NCBI GenBank assembly: GCA_963764165.1
Contig: CAVXRD010000002.1
Span: 2,752,001 to 2,816,000, forward strand
Origin: an uncultured Verrucomicrobiae bacterium
GTDB lineage: Bacteria; Verrucomicrobiota; Verrucomicrobiia; Limisphaerales; Palsa-1400
Length of the DNA stretch: 64,000 nt
Direction: 5' to 3'
Shown here: positions 30,317-39,797 of the stretch, piece after piece
How positions within the stretch are numbered: the stretch's first letter is position 1
Layout of the letters: each line of letters starts with the position of its first letter
Program-made: the position numbers and the translations under genes
Notes under the pieces: generated by a model
What the model saw: only the letters and a program-made list of their open reading frames with translations
Databases searched by the model: none
Told to the model about the DNA's origin: nothing

Positions 30317-31105
30317 ATGAGCGACAACTCCAAAATTGAATGGACAGACGCCACCTGGAACCCGGTGCGCGGCTGCTCGAAAATCAGTCCCGGATGCTTG
30401 CATTGTTACGCGGAAACGTTTGCAGAACGGTTTCGCGGCGTGCCGAACCATCCATTTGAATTTGGCTTCGATCTCCGCCTAGTGCCCGAAAAGCTGGGGG
30501 ATCCCATCCGCTGGTCGAAACCAAAGAAGGTTTTTGTAAATTCGATGAGCGACCTTTTCCACGAGAGCGTTCCTGACGACTACATCGAACAAGTTTGCCG
30601 GGTAATGCTCGCTGCCAATTGGCATACCTACCAAGTCCTGACAAAGCGGGCAGACCGAATGGCAGCCTTGTTGCGGGGAAAATTACGCAACGCTGCCCAG
30701 GCAAGTCACATCTGGTGGGGTGTGAGTGTGGAAAATCGCAAACAGGGGTTACCCAGAATCGACAAGCTCCGAGGAGGCAAACCGGCGGTGGCATTCTTGT
30801 CGATCGAGCCTTTGCTCGAAGACTTGGGAAGATTCGAGCTTCAGGGCATGAATTGGGTTATCGTTGGTGGTGAGAGCGGGCCGGGAGCGCGTCCGTTGGA
30901 TGTGGCATGGGTCCGCGATATCCGCAACCTCTGCCAAGAGAATGGCGTCCCTTTCTTTTTCAAACAGTGGGGCGGTGTGCGCAAGAGCGCGACCGGACGA
31001 GAACTGGATGGCAAAACCTACGACGAATTTCCAGCCCATATACAGCCTCGCGCACCATTGGAATCGCGCCTGATTCTCCTTCGGGAAGAGTTCGACATTG
31101 CCTGA
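30317..31105 (+). CDS. DUF5131 / phage Gp37Gp68 family protein (three-Cys, radical-SAM-like)
   Basis: SKIEWTDATWNPVRGC; Cx6Cx2C (CSKISPGCLHC); FVNSMSDLFH; WVIVGGESG; FFFKQWGG. Confidence 0.93.
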   Translation: MSDNSKIEWTDATWNPVRGCSKISPGCLHCYAETFAERFRGVPNHPFEFGFDLRLVPEKLGDPIRWSKPKKVFVNSMSDLFHESVPDDYIEQVCRVMLAANWHTYQVLTKRADRMAALLRGKLRNAAQASHIWWGVSVENRKQGLPRIDKLRGGKPAVAFLSIEPLLEDLGRFELQGMNWVIVGGESGPGARPLDVAWVRDIRNLCQENGVPFFFKQWGGVRKSATGRELDGKTYDEFPAHIQPRAPLESRLILLREEFDIA

Positions 31106-31110
31106 AGACC

Positions 31111-32193
31111 GTGCCATCCCCCGGTTTTCATAATCAACCGTACGATTCGGGCACGTTGACGAAGCTCAGAATCTTTGAGCTTTACAGTCAACAATGGATT
31201 CCTGTTTTTCTCTCAAGGTCGGCTCCAAGCTTTGAAGAAGTTCACATATTCGACTTTTTCGCCGGGCCCGGCTCGGACTCCGCAGGGGTGCCGGGATCTC
31301 CCTTGCGAATATTGGATCAACTTCGCGAGTATGAAAGGAGAGGATTGGCAGGATGGCAAAAGGTAAGAATCGAAGCACATTTGTTTGATGAAGATGAAAG
31401 GAAGATCGCGCAGCTTGCGACCGTGCTTGATCGGCCGGAATGGAGTATTCCCGGCGTGCGCATTGACTGCCGCCCTATTGCGTTTCAGAATGCTTTGGCA
31501 GAATGCAGGACGGTTCTGTTGAATCACCGTGCCGCCAAATTGCTTATTATTGACCAATTCGGCGTAGATGCCGTGTCAGACAAGGTTTTCCGAGAGCTTA
31601 TTGAATTTCCCACGACTGATTTTATCTTCTTCCTGTCGTCCTCAACCCTTCACCGCTTTCGCGACCATCCAGCCATCAAGCAGAAGATCCAACCACTGGC
31701 TGACTCATACGATGTTCATCGCGCGGCTTTGGCTTACTACAGAAATTTAGTTCCCAGAGGCCACAAAGTTTATCTGGGCCCGTTCTCGATAAAGAAGAAG
31801 CATGGAAATATTTATGGGTTGATCTTTGGCAGCCAGCATCCATTGGGAATCCACAAGTTTCTCCAAGTCGCGTGGAAGAACGACGAGATTTCAGGAGAGG
31901 CGAACTTCGATATTGAGCGCGAAAACATCCGTGCCGACGAAGGCTTGCTTGCACTCGAGATAATGCGCCCAAACAAGGTCCGAGAGTTTGAGGGGAGATT
32001 AGAAGAGGCCCTAAAATCAGCAGAGATGGCGTCCGAATCTGATGTCATTCGGTTTTGTATCGAAGCAGGAATGACGTGCCAGCACAGTGCGCCCGTTTTG
32101 CGAAGGCTCAAAGAAGCTCGAGTAATCGAGATGGGATTCCGTGTACCCGATATTGGCAGGTTGGGATCGCCGCGCCCGATTCGCCTCGTTTGA
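31111..32193 (+). CDS. tcmP: Three-Cys-motif partner protein (TcmP-like, Rossmann methyltransferase-like)
   Basis: GTG 5 nt after the DUF5131 stop; TLTKLRIFELY, IFDFFAGPG (SAM motif I-like), IIDQFG, YGLIFGSQH. Confidence 0.8.
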   Translation: MPSPGFHNQPYDSGTLTKLRIFELYSQQWIPVFLSRSAPSFEEVHIFDFFAGPGSDSAGVPGSPLRILDQLREYERRGLAGWQKVRIEAHLFDEDERKIAQLATVLDRPEWSIPGVRIDCRPIAFQNALAECRTVLLNHRAAKLLIIDQFGVDAVSDKVFRELIEFPTTDFIFFLSSSTLHRFRDHPAIKQKIQPLADSYDVHRAALAYYRNLVPRGHKVYLGPFSIKKKHGNIYGLIFGSQHPLGIHKFLQVAWKNDEISGEANFDIERENIRADEGLLALEIMRPNKVREFEGRLEEALKSAEMASESDVIRFCIEAGMTCQHSAPVLRRLKEARVIEMGFRVPDIGRLGSPRPIRLV

Positions 32194-32388
32194 TAATAGG
32201 AGCGGTTGAGCGAAGCGCGACGACACGATTTGTCCGACTGCGAGATCGCTCTCTTTGCAACAACACTCGATTCGCAGCGATTTTCCTCCAAGGCTTCGAT
32301 TTGCGGTCGAAATTATGTGGGGGGCTTGGCGGCCATATGCCCACCGAACACTCTTGCGCCGCGCTTTGCTGCGTTGCATTTTTCTCCG

Positions 32389-33498
32389 ATGAATGCCGCC
32401 AGAACGAGCCGTCGTCGCTTCTTGAAATCCGCTTCTGTCGCCGCAATCGGCGCGCCGTGGATCACCAAATTTGCAACCGCTGTGCGAGCAGATGATGCGA
32501 ATCGCCCGCTCGGCTTCGCGGTTTGCGGTTTGGGAGGGCTCGCCACGGGACAGATTGCGCCCGGACTTCTTAAAGCCAAGAATTGCCGGTTGGCTGGCAT
32601 CGTCACCGGGCATCCGGACAAGGCGAAGAAATGGCAGGCCCAATACAACATTCCAGACAAGAACGTTTATAACTACGACAACATGGAAAAGATGGCGGAC
32701 AATCCCGACATCGATGTCGTCTATGTCGTCACGCCGAACGCGCTGCACGCCGAGCACACCATCAAGGCGGCGAAGGCCGGCAAGCATGTCCTTTGCGAGA
32801 AACCGATGGAGGTGTCCGTTGACAAATGCCAGCAAATGATTGACGCGTGCAAGGTGGCTGACCGGCTGCTGGCGATCGGTTATCGCAGCCGGTTTGACCC
32901 CAATACCCAGGAATGCGTCCGCCTGGCGCGGCAAAACGCTTTCGGCAAAATTAAAATCATCGAGGCCAGCTTCGGATTTCACATCGGCGACCCGAACCAA
33001 TGGCGGTTGAAACGCGAGCTGGCCGGCGGCGGCGCGCTGATGGATGTCGGGATTTATGCGCTTCAGGCCACGCGCTATCTCAGCGGCGAGGAGCCGGTGG
33101 CGGTGACGGCGCTGGAAACGAAGACCGATCCTGTCAAGTTCAAGGAGGTGGACGAATCGGTCACATGGCAATTGAAATTTCCCAGCGGCATCATCGCCAA
33201 TTGCGCCACGAGTTACGTGGCTGTTGGCATCAACTTTTACACGGCCTACGCCGAGCGCGGAAACTTCGGGCTCAATCCCGCTTACAGTTACGAAGGCAAT
33301 CGCATGTGGCGCACCGACAGGCCTCCGGGTGAAATCCCCCAGTTGGATCAATTCGCGGCGGAGATGGACGACTTTGCCCAATGCATCCGGCAGAAGAAGC
33401 CATCCATCGTTTCCGGCGAAGAGGGCTTGCGCGACATTCGGATCACCACCGCCATTTACGAATCCATCCGCACAGGCAAAACGCAGGTTTTGGCTTAG
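32389..33498 (+). CDS. Tat-exported Gfo/Idh/MocA oxidoreductase (glucose-fructose oxidoreductase-like)
   Basis: SRRRFLK, GLGG, HVLCEKP, GGGALMDVGIY. Confidence 0.92.
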   Translation: MNAARTSRRRFLKSASVAAIGAPWITKFATAVRADDANRPLGFAVCGLGGLATGQIAPGLLKAKNCRLAGIVTGHPDKAKKWQAQYNIPDKNVYNYDNMEKMADNPDIDVVYVVTPNALHAEHTIKAAKAGKHVLCEKPMEVSVDKCQQMIDACKVADRLLAIGYRSRFDPNTQECVRLARQNAFGKIKIIEASFGFHIGDPNQWRLKRELAGGGALMDVGIYALQATRYLSGEEPVAVTALETKTDPVKFKEVDESVTWQLKFPSGIIANCATSYVAVGINFYTAYAERGNFGLNPAYSYEGNRMWRTDRPPGEIPQLDQFAAEMDDFAQCIRQKKPSIVSGEEGLRDIRITTAIYESIRTGKTQVLA

Positions 33499-33618
33499 CA
33501 ATCGGTTAAGTTGAGCTTCATGCGAGGCTTCAGATTGTCAATAGCGTCAAAATCCGTTAAGCTTGGCCGCCTGCATACCTTGAACAGAAGCAATTTGCCG
33601 GAACCATGCGAAAACCGC

Positions 33619-33774
33619 GTGAACGATGACGGTACCGCTGACGTGGACATTTCTCTCCTTGAGGACAGTCTTGCCATGACACCTTGGAAGCGGATGCAAG
33701 CCAACGACGACGCCGTCAATTTTGCCGATGGCCTCCGTGCCGCCATGCAGGATCGCCATGCAAAACCTGACTGA
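33619..33774 (+). CDS. Small putative antitoxin-like partner of the nucleotidyltransferase
   Basis: 51 aa, VDISLLEDSLAMTPWKRM; overlaps the start of the downstream gene. Confidence 0.55.
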   Translation: MNDDGTADVDISLLEDSLAMTPWKRMQANDDAVNFADGLRAAMQDRHAKPD

Positions 33775-34235
33775 ATTGACCCGCAGGCTGGTTGACGCGC
33801 GCGTGGACTTCGTTTTGGTGGGTGGATTTGCCGCCGCCGCATATGGGGTGATTTTGCTGACGCGCGGCGTCGATATATGCTGCCGATTGATGAGCCGAAC
33901 GTTCGGCGTCTCCAAACAGCCCTGTCTGATTCGCACCCCGTCTATCGTTCAAGGCCGGATTTGCCGTTTGATCTGACCACGGACGAGTGCGCGCGATTAA
34001 AGTCCTCTACCTGCGCACGGACTTGGGGCGGCTTGATTGCCTCGGAGAAATCCTTGGCGTGGGTGGCTTCGAGGAAGTCTTCTCCCACAGCGTTCGGATC
34101 GAGCTTCCTTTTGGCCATTTCAGAGTCCTTGAGATCAAGGCCCTCATTCGCGCAAAAGAGGCGACGGACCGGGACCACGACAGAATTAGCGTTCGCCAAC
34201 TGAAAGAGATTCAGAAACGGCAGCACCTAAAATGA
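33758..34235 (+). pseudogene. Nucleotidyltransferase-fold protein with two -1 frameshifts
   Basis: FVLVGGFAAAAYG...TRGVDI, then DEPNVRRL...RPDLP, then LYLRTDLGRLD...LIRAKEA..R..D in three successive frames; breaks near 33885 and 34000. Confidence 0.75.
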
Positions 34236-34340
34236 TTTTGCTAGACCAATGAGCCCGGGCGGAACACCTCATTGACGCGTGATTGGGGCATGATAAACTT
34301 CCTTATCATGTGCCGCGCTTCAAAACCAAATCCGGAGGCA

Positions 34341-36650
34341 ATGCTGAACCTCGTTTGGACTGCCTTAGTTTTCTGCCTTGCTATTTGTTTGAATTCACCC
34401 TTCGCGGCGCACGGCCAAAGCGCGACGTTTGCGGGCAATGCGCAACACACCGGCAATTTCCCGGTCGCGGCGCAGCGGTTGTCTTCCTTGCATTGGACCG
34501 CCCCGGTCGATTTGGACAACACGGGTGAATACGCGCACTACGGCGAACCTCTCGTGACCCCGTCCAACACAGTGATCATCCCCGTCAAAATCTCCACCAA
34601 TACGTTCGAAATTATCGCTTACGACGGGCCAACGGGCCGCCTGAAATACATCCTGACCAATGATTTCGTCCAAGTCCCGTTCAGCGGCTGGATTGCCACC
34701 TACCAGCCGGTTCTCGCGTATCCCAATGGAATTCTGACACTATGCTATCCAGGCGCAGGCGGGACGGTTTATTACCTGCAAAACCCCGACTCCGGCACTC
34801 CGGGCGCGCCGTCTCAAGTCTGCTTTTATACCAACTTGAGCGCCTATCAGGGCAACAGTTCGTACAAAACCGCCGTCTACATTAATACGCCAATCACCTC
34901 AGATACCAACGGCGATCTGTTCTTTGGATTTCGCGTCCAGTTGACTGTTCAGAACGCCCCCGCCACCAATGGCTTTGCGCGAATTGACGCCTCTGGAAAC
35001 GGCAGCTATGTGGCGGCACCGACCGCCGCCAACGACAGCACCATGGCCTACACCGCTCATAACGTGGCGCCCGCTCTCAGCCTCGACGGCTCCACTGTCT
35101 ACGTCGTTCCCTTTGCGTCGGACTACACCTGCTATCTGGTGGGATTGAACACCACGAATCTGTCAACGAAATACCGCGTCAAGCTCGTTGACCCGACCGT
35201 CAATCAATTTGCCCAAATTCAGGAGGATGGAACGTCCTCGCCAACCGTGGGGCCGGACGGCGACGTTTTCTTTGGAATTTGGGACACTGGCAGCATCGGT
35301 GTTCTTCTGCATTATAGCGGGGACTTGCAGACCGTTAAGACGCCCGGCGCCTTCGGCTGGGATAATACCGTGGCGATCGTTCCGACCAATATGCTGCCCG
35401 GTTACAACGGCCCCTCCTCGTATCTGCTTTTCAGCAAATACAATTATTACTCCACCGGCGACAACAAAATCGCCCTGCTTGATCCAAACGCCCCGCAGCT
35501 TGATTCGCATCCGGCGCGCGCTGGCTTCACCGAAATGCGGGAGCTTCTGACGGTGCCAGGTTTCACGTATGGCGGCGCGAGTGTCAGGGAATGGTGCGTC
35601 AATACCGCGGCAGTCGACCCGGCCACCCACAGCATTTTTGCCTCAAGCGAAGATGGTCAGATCTACCGGTGGAATGTTGCGTCCAACGGTATCGCGGAGG
35701 TTGTTCCCCTCACTGCCGGCATCAGTGAGCCTTACGTCCCGGTATGCGTCGGTCCGGACGGCGGGGTTTACACGCTCAACGGAGGTTTCATATTCGCGCT
35801 CGGCGCGCTTTCCAATGTGGACGTCGCTATTTACTCATCCGCTCCTGATTTGCGATTGGCAGTCAAGGGTCAGCCGCTGACGTTCACGGCGGTGGTGTCC
35901 AATTACAATTCCGCAGGACCAGTTCCCACTGGCACGGCCACCTTCCTCGACAAGTACTACGTGGGGAACACCGCGATCACCAACACCCTCGCCGCAGCCG
36001 TTCCGCTTTCAAACGGTGTGGCGTCAGTTTCCACCGCCGCCTTGTTTGCCGATGGCACCAATAATGCGAGCCACTTTATAACCGCGGAATATAGCGGCGA
36101 CCCCAATTTCCCTGCGGGCAAATCAACATTAGTCGAAAAGATTCACGCTTACGCCTCAATCACCACCGTAACATCCGCGACTGTCAGCAGCGGCGTCAGC
36201 TTCACCGCCACGGTTTCTGGCGGTCCCGCAAGCGCGCCGGTTCCAACCGGCTTCGCAGCATTTTATGACGGCACAAATTTTCTGGAGCAACTCCCGCTGG
36301 GTACGAACGGCTCTGTCTCATACGTCATAACCAACTTCAGCGCCGCGCCGCATTCGATCACCGCCACCTACACCTCCGATCGGCTTTACGCCGCGAGCAC
36401 GGCAAGTGTGATCGCCCCGCCCATCATCATCACCAGCGCAACTATCGATACCAATGGGCTGTTTCGGTTGTCGTTTACGAACGCCATTGGAGCTTCATTT
36501 ACAGTGATCAGCACGCCTGACCTCACATTGCCTTTGAGCAATTGGTCCGTTCTCGGTCGTGCCACAGAAGTGCATCCGGGAGTCTTTCAATTCGAGGATT
36601 CCAATTCCACCAGGAAAGGCTGGCAATTTTATCGGGTCCGCTCCCCTTGA
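34341..36650 (+). CDS. Secreted protein: propeller-like N-terminal region, two bacterial Ig-like repeats, C-terminal FYRV domain
   Basis: Signal peptide; repeats LTFTAVV...PTGTATF...ITAEYSGD and VSFTATV...PTGFAAF...ITATYTSD; ends QFYRVRSP; start uncertain. Confidence 0.8.
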   Translation: MLNLVWTALVFCLAICLNSPFAAHGQSATFAGNAQHTGNFPVAAQRLSSLHWTAPVDLDNTGEYAHYGEPLVTPSNTVIIPVKISTNTFEIIAYDGPTGRLKYILTNDFVQVPFSGWIATYQPVLAYPNGILTLCYPGAGGTVYYLQNPDSGTPGAPSQVCFYTNLSAYQGNSSYKTAVYINTPITSDTNGDLFFGFRVQLTVQNAPATNGFARIDASGNGSYVAAPTAANDSTMAYTAHNVAPALSLDGSTVYVVPFASDYTCYLVGLNTTNLSTKYRVKLVDPTVNQFAQIQEDGTSSPTVGPDGDVFFGIWDTGSIGVLLHYSGDLQTVKTPGAFGWDNTVAIVPTNMLPGYNGPSSYLLFSKYNYYSTGDNKIALLDPNAPQLDSHPARAGFTEMRELLTVPGFTYGGASVREWCVNTAAVDPATHSIFASSEDGQIYRWNVASNGIAEVVPLTAGISEPYVPVCVGPDGGVYTLNGGFIFALGALSNVDVAIYSSAPDLRLAVKGQPLTFTAVVSNYNSAGPVPTGTATFLDKYYVGNTAITNTLAAAVPLSNGVASVSTAALFADGTNNASHFITAEYSGDPNFPAGKSTLVEKIHAYASITTVTSATVSSGVSFTATVSGGPASAPVPTGFAAFYDGTNFLEQLPLGTNGSVSYVITNFSAAPHSITATYTSDRLYAASTASVIAPPIIITSATIDTNGLFRLSFTNAIGASFTVISTPDLTLPLSNWSVLGRATEVHPGVFQFEDSNSTRKGWQFYRVRSP

Positions 36651-36715
36651 TCGGTGTGAGAAGGCCGGCTGGCGTTGACAGTTGTGCCCAGATGGGTGAT
36701 GGACGAAGGCCGAAA

Positions 36716-36897
36716 GGCGTGGCTGTGTCGAAGAGCCGCAGCCACATTCATCCGACCGACGACGAATCTTGTTGCGGCCATCTCTCCGAAAAACACGCCA
36801 AAACTTCGGAACTGCGACTGGCGAGCCATAACGCTCTATTGAACCCGCCCCTTGTTTCGAAGCGGCTGCCGCTGGTCTTCGGCGCAGCCGTATCTCC
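36716..36897. repeat. Degenerate inverted REP-like doublet (third family)
   Basis: GGCTGTGTCGAAGAGCCGCAGCC (36721) resembles the reverse complement of GGCTGCCGCTGGTCTTCGGCGCAGCC (36864). Confidence 0.5.
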
Positions 36898-37019
36898 GCA
36901 CAACGCCAATCGGCGGCAATCTCACTTTGCGCCTCACCCGCTTTTGATCACATACGGCCGCCCAACGCTGCGACAAAGCAAGTTGATTTGCCGAGGCGCG
37001 CCCGCCTACTCTTGGAGCA

Positions 37020-38093
37020 ATGATTCGAAATGTCATCTTCGACTGGTCGGGCACGCTGGTGGACGATTTGCCCGCCGTGCTGGCGGCCACCAACGCCGTG
37101 TTTGAAGAATGCGGCGTCGAAATCATGACGCTCGAAACGTTTCGCGCCGAGTTTTGCCTGCCGTTCAAAAATTTTTACGACCGCTACATCCCACATGTGC
37201 CGGTGGCGGATTTGGAGAAAACCTTCCACGCCAGCTTCCACAAATTGCAGGACAACATCGTGGCCCTGCCGCACGCGGAGGAGTTTCTCATTTTCTGCCG
37301 GAAGCGCGGCGTGCGCACGTTCGTCCTGAGCACGGTGCACAAGGATTATTTCGCATTGCAAGCGGCCGCGGCTGGCTTCGACAAATACATTGATCGCCCT
37401 TACACCGGCGTTTGGGACAAGCGCCTGAAAATTTTGGAGCTGCTTTCAGAAAACAATCTTGATCCCGCCGAAACTGTTTTTATTGGTGACATGCAGCATG
37501 ACGTCGACACGGCCAAGCATGGCGGCGTCCATTCCTGCGCGGTGCTGACGGGCTATAATCGGCTCGACCAATTGCGCGCCAGTGATCCAGACGTGATTGT
37601 CGAGCACCTTGGCGAGTTGCGGCAGATTCTCGAGCGCAATCAAATGGAATTGAAGCCCGCTGTCGAAAGCGAGGGCGTCGGGCATCCAATTTGCACCGTG
37701 GGCGCGTTGATCTCGGACGATGAGGGGCGGGTGCTCATGATTCGCACGCAAAAGTGGTCGAATCTCTGGGGGATTCCCGGCGGCAAAATCAAACTTGGCG
37801 AACCGTCCGCGCAAGCGTTGCGGCGCGAGATCAAAGAGGAGACAAATCTGGAAGTCAGCGAGATTGAATTTGTCATGGTTCAGGATTGCATTGAGTCGAA
37901 GGAATTTTATCGCAGCGCGCATTTTGTGCTTTTGAATTACACCTGCCGCGCGCGCGGGGCGCCTGCGGTGAGGCTTAACGAGGAAGCGCAGGAATTCAAA
38001 TGGGTTGTGCCCGCTGCGGCGATGGAAATGCAGCTTAACCGGCCCACGCGGGTCCTTTTGGAAAAGGTCTTGAGTTCCGCCGCCGAATTGTGA
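37020..38093 (+). CDS. HAD phosphatase-Nudix hydrolase fusion
   Basis: IFDWSGTLVDD and FIGDMQHD (HAD); GGKIKLGEPSAQALRREIKEETNL (Nudix box). Confidence 0.9.
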   Translation: MIRNVIFDWSGTLVDDLPAVLAATNAVFEECGVEIMTLETFRAEFCLPFKNFYDRYIPHVPVADLEKTFHASFHKLQDNIVALPHAEEFLIFCRKRGVRTFVLSTVHKDYFALQAAAAGFDKYIDRPYTGVWDKRLKILELLSENNLDPAETVFIGDMQHDVDTAKHGGVHSCAVLTGYNRLDQLRASDPDVIVEHLGELRQILERNQMELKPAVESEGVGHPICTVGALISDDEGRVLMIRTQKWSNLWGIPGGKIKLGEPSAQALRREIKEETNLEVSEIEFVMVQDCIESKEFYRSAHFVLLNYTCRARGAPAVRLNEEAQEFKWVVPAAAMEMQLNRPTRVLLEKVLSSAAEL

Positions 38094-38113
38094 CAATTCG
38101 TGCGCGGAGGGCC

Positions 38114-38194
38114 AGGTAGGGACGCCTCGCCGAGGCGTCCGGTTGCGCATGAATCAAGCCTCACCCCGGACGCCTCGGCGAGGCGTCCCTACCT
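38114..38194. repeat. REPIN-like doublet 3 (GTAG family)
   Basis: Identical REP arms; spacer begins ccggttgcgcatga, i.e. inverted relative to doublet 2. Confidence 0.88.
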
Positions 38195-38220
38195 CAAAAT
38201 TAAATTGGCATTGGGTGAAT

Positions 38221-38589
38221 ATGGATCAGATACAGATACAAGACCTGGAAGTTTCGTTTCGCGTGGGCGTGAGCAACAACGAACGCGTGCGCCCGCAACG
38301 GCTGACCATCAGCGTCATCATGGAAATGGATGCGACCGCGGCGGCGCAATCCGATGACGTGACGAAAACGGTGGATTACTATTTGGTATCGCGCCGCATT
38401 CTGGCTTTGGGCGAGAAAAAAACCTGGAAGCTGATCGAGACCATCGCGGTGGATATTGCAGGATTGATCCTTGGCGAATTCAAACCTTTCGCGGTCACGG
38501 TAGAGTTGAAGAAGTTTATCATTCCGGAAGCGCGCTGGGTTTCCATCAAGATTCGCCGGGAACAGAAACCGCCGCCCTCGCCAGCCTGA
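38221..38589 (+). CDS. folB: Dihydroneopterin aldolase
   Basis: MDQIQIQDL, GV...ER...Q, TVDY, LIETIA. Confidence 0.88.
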   Translation: MDQIQIQDLEVSFRVGVSNNERVRPQRLTISVIMEMDATAAAQSDDVTKTVDYYLVSRRILALGEKKTWKLIETIAVDIAGLILGEFKPFAVTVELKKFIIPEARWVSIKIRREQKPPPSPA

Positions 38590-38598
38590 TTTGTTTGC

Positions 38599-39054
38599 AT
38601 GGCCCATATCCACGAGAAAATTGATTTCACTGTGGCGATTTTTGTCGTTCACGAGGCGAAGGTTCTGCTGATTCATCATCGCAAGCTGAACAAATGGCTT
38701 CCGCTGGGCGGGCACATCGAATTGGACGAAGACCCGGAGCAGGCCGCGTTGCGCGAAGCTGAGGAGGAGAGTGGTCTCTCGGTCAAATTGCTGGGCGAAC
38801 GCCCGCCGACAGACGAGCCGGGGACGCGGGCGCTCATTTCGCCGCGCTTCATGGATATTCACCGCATCTCGGAGACGCACGAGCACATCGGATTGATTTA
38901 TTGGGCGCGCCCGCGCCACGGTTCGGTCACGCTGGCCGGCGCCGAACACCATGCCATCCGCTGGTGTTCCAGCGCCGATTTGGATGCGCTCGAACCGGCA
39001 ATGTCTAATGCCGTGAAATGGTATTGCCGCAAGGCGCTGGAAGAAATTCAGTGA
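38599..39054 (+). CDS. Nudix hydrolase
   Basis: WLPLGGHIELDEDPEQAALREAEEESGL. Confidence 0.92.
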   Translation: MAHIHEKIDFTVAIFVVHEAKVLLIHHRKLNKWLPLGGHIELDEDPEQAALREAEEESGLSVKLLGERPPTDEPGTRALISPRFMDIHRISETHEHIGLIYWARPRHGSVTLAGAEHHAIRWCSSADLDALEPAMSNAVKWYCRKALEEIQ

Positions 39055-39797
39055 CCGGCGATGCTCGACGTGATGTGTTTTTTCGCCTCGGTGACGGCGC
39101 GCAAAAGCGACAATCCCCGAGCCAAATTCGCCGTGATCGCGGCAGAATAAGTGCAGCCGGTTCCGTGCAATTCTTTCGTGTTTACGCGCGGGACGGAGAG
39201 CATCCATTCACCATCGTTGCTGCGCAAGACATCGAGGGCTTCGTTTGTGCCCGGCAGATGGCCGCCTTTCACCAAGGCTGCGCAGCCGAAACGTTCGTGA
39301 ATGGTCTTCGCGGCTTCACGCATGTTCTCTGGGCTTTTAATCGCGATTCCCGAGAGGACTTCGGCTTCCGCCAAGTTGGGGGTTGCCAATGTGACTAATG
39401 GGAGCAAGGAGAGTTGGAGCGCGGCGGCGGCGGATGGTTGCAGCAACCGCTTGCCGCTGGTGGAGATCATTACTGGATCGACCACCAATGGGATCGAATG
39501 GGCATTTCTGAAAAAAGCGGCCACTTCGCGCACGATGGCCGCTGAATATAGCATTCCCGTTTTGGCGGCCGATGCGGAGAATTCGCCAGCGACCGCTTCC
39601 AATTGCGCGCGCACCACTCGCGCCGGGCACGGAAATATTTCCGAGACGGTTCGGCGATTTTGCGCGGTGACGCACGTGACGACACACGCCCCGTGGACAT
39701 GCAGCCGGTCGAACGTCCTTAAGTCCGCCTGCAATCCGGCCTCGCCACCGCTATCCGAGCCGGCGATGGTCAGTGCTATGTGATTACTTGCCTTGAT
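39048..39797 (-). CDS. thiD: Hydroxymethylpyrimidine/phosphomethylpyrimidine kinase with apparent ATC start
   Basis: ALTIAGSDSGGEAGLQAD, KTGML, VVDPVM, TPNLAEA, HGTGCTYSAA; SD AGGAG 6 nt before ATC at 39797. Confidence 0.85.
   Translation of the reverse strand: MKASNHIALTIAGSDSGGEAGLQADLRTFDRLHVHGACVVTCVTAQNRRTVSEIFPCPARVVRAQLEAVAGEFSASAAKTGMLYSAAIVREVAAFFRNAHSIPLVVDPVMISTSGKRLLQPSAAAALQLSLLPLVTLATPNLAEAEVLSGIAIKSPENMREAAKTIHERFGCAALVKGGHLPGTNEALDVLRSNDGEWMLSVPRVNTKELHGTGCTYSAAITANLARGLSLLRAVTEAKKHITSSIAGH

Noticed and set aside
30317..31105. Prophage, suggested by the Gp37Gp68 family name
   Set aside because: No integrase, structural genes or att sites nearby
30907..31110. Longer start for TcmP
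   Set aside because: Overlaps DUF5131 by about 200 nt; GTG 31111 fits better
32017..33501. Long antisense or alternate-frame ORFs (e.g. 494 aa here, 59567-60955, 9288-10772)
   Set aside because: Shadow frames of well-supported genes in GC-rich DNA, with no recognisable motifs
36690..36760. Possible hammerhead ribozyme or riboswitch (GGCCGAAAGGC)
   Set aside because: No CUGANGA core; better explained as a degenerate REP arm
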